DNA from: Phormidesmis sp.
GTDB taxonomy: Bacteria; Cyanobacteriota; Cyanobacteriia; Leptolyngbyales; Leptolyngbyaceae
Reading direction: 5' to 3'
Assembly (NCBI GenBank): GCA_965248535.1
Contig: CBDFJR010000005.1
Coordinates: 1,632,001-1,696,000, forward strand
Length of the DNA: 64,000 bases
Position numbers and translations under genes: made by a program
Shown: one piece after another, positions 63,087-64,000 of the stretch
Position numbering within the stretch: position 1 is the first letter of the stretch
Layout of the letters: every line of letters starts with the position of its first letter
Notes under the pieces: generated by a model
Told to the model about the DNA's origin: nothing
The model's input: the letters and a program-made list of their open reading frames with translations, nothing else
Database searches by the model: none

Positions 63087-63173
63087 GCATAACAACCCGA
63101 TTGGAGCGGATCGACAAAGTTAGTTGGTCATGTGGCAAAAAATACTCGCAGCCGCTCAATCGGAACGTTATTT
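63087..63173 (+). mobile_element. integron attC site
   Basis: GCATAAC-AA-CCCGATTG(g)AGCGG // CCGCTCAATCGG-AAC-GTTATTT; ends nearly identical to the 60986 site. Confidence 0.85.
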
Positions 63174-63464
63174 GTAGAGCAACCACAAATCGCAAAGTGG
63201 GCAGTTTAATTTGATGTTAGATTGCAATACTACGCAGAGAAAACTGATTGATGGCAGGGTTGCATCGAAGCTACAGAAGTATATAACTTTAGCTATCTGT
63301 GGCTATTGATAGTTGGCGATCGCTCAGAAGATTGATCAAAAAGCTTATGGTCTCAGGTTTAGTCCAACTGTTAGTGATCGCCCGTGCCTTGATTGCTGCA
63401 CGCACTCTTTAGTGCGATCGCTCCACACCCGCTAGAATTAAGTCTCTATCGGTTTTAAAAGTCT

Positions 63465-64000
63465 TTGTTATCTCAACCGTTAAAAGTCGTCGTGATTGGC
63501 GGAGGAGCGGCGGGCTTCTTTGGCGCGATCGCCTGTGCTCAAACCAACCGCAGCGCTGACGTGACCCTGCTCGAAGCGAGTCGTCAACCGCTCACCAAAG
63601 TGCTCGTGTCGGGGGGCGGACGCTGCAATGTCACCCACGCCTGTTTTGATCCAGCAATTCTGGTGCAGAACTATCCCAGAGGGGGAAAAGCGCTGCGGGG
63701 TGCCTTTAGTCAGTTTCAGGCAAAAGATACGGTCGAGTGGTTTACGGCACGCAACGTGAAGCTGAAAACTGAGGCAGACGGGCGAATGTTTCCGATTACT
63801 GACAATTCTGCCACGATCGCTCATTGTCTCATTCAACAAGCGCAGGATGCTGGAATCAACGTTTGTCTGGGAGCCAGCGTTAAATCTGTGATTAAAAAAG
63901 ACAACGCTTTTGAGATTGAGTTGCGATCGGGCGACATTCTCACCGCCGATCGCTTGTTAATCGCGACGGGCAACAGTCCCCAAGGGTATCAGATTGCTAG
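63465..64000 (+). CDS. HI0933/BaiN family NAD(P)/FAD-dependent oxidoreductase (partial, runs off window)
   Basis: VVVIGGGAAGFFGA, KVLVSGGGRCNVT, GRMFP; TTG start inferred. Confidence 0.92.
   Translation, partial: MLSQPLKVVVIGGGAAGFFGAIACAQTNRSADVTLLEASRQPLTKVLVSGGGRCNVTHACFDPAILVQNYPRGGKALRGAFSQFQAKDTVEWFTARNVKLKTEADGRMFPITDNSATIAHCLIQQAQDAGINVCLGASVKSVIKKDNAFEIELRSGDILTADRLLIATGNSPQGYQIA

Overview
Chromosomal window from a cyanobacterium. GCGATCGC (HIP1) is abundant, and chlM, an hli gene, ado-aar, rimO-crhR and the cyanobacterial atp1-atpC cluster are present. About 58 kb is core genome: frr-pyrH, pyrE, ispH, hisZ, nagA, asnS, the ATP synthase operon, three ferredoxins, the alkane synthesis genes and two tRNAs (Ile2-CAT, Ser-GGA). 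It also carries a yybP-ykoY Mn riboswitch upstream of a TMEM165/Mnx exporter, a probable 6S RNA, two short genes missing from the ORF track (hli, pirA with an NtcA box) and a MITE sitting in a CTAG shared by two convergent stop codons. The accessory part (about 58.6-63.2 kb) is AT-richer and largely lacks HIP1. It holds a run of co-oriented integron attC-type sites (3 clear, 2 degenerate) with no integrase in the window, i.e. CALIN-like. The cassettes are decayed ORFs, an RDD protein, a 78-aa orphan and an Rpn-family nuclease with a strong internal RBS (candidate intragenic antitoxin). A ~200-nt non-coding repeat precedes two of the attC sites. Other oddities are a stand-alone RNA polymerase alpha-CTD lacking its DNA-binding motif, an orphan ORF whose RBS is locked in a 15-bp hairpin, and a TetR fused to an IS1-type zinc ribbon. 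All family assignments are by eye from motifs; no database searches were run.
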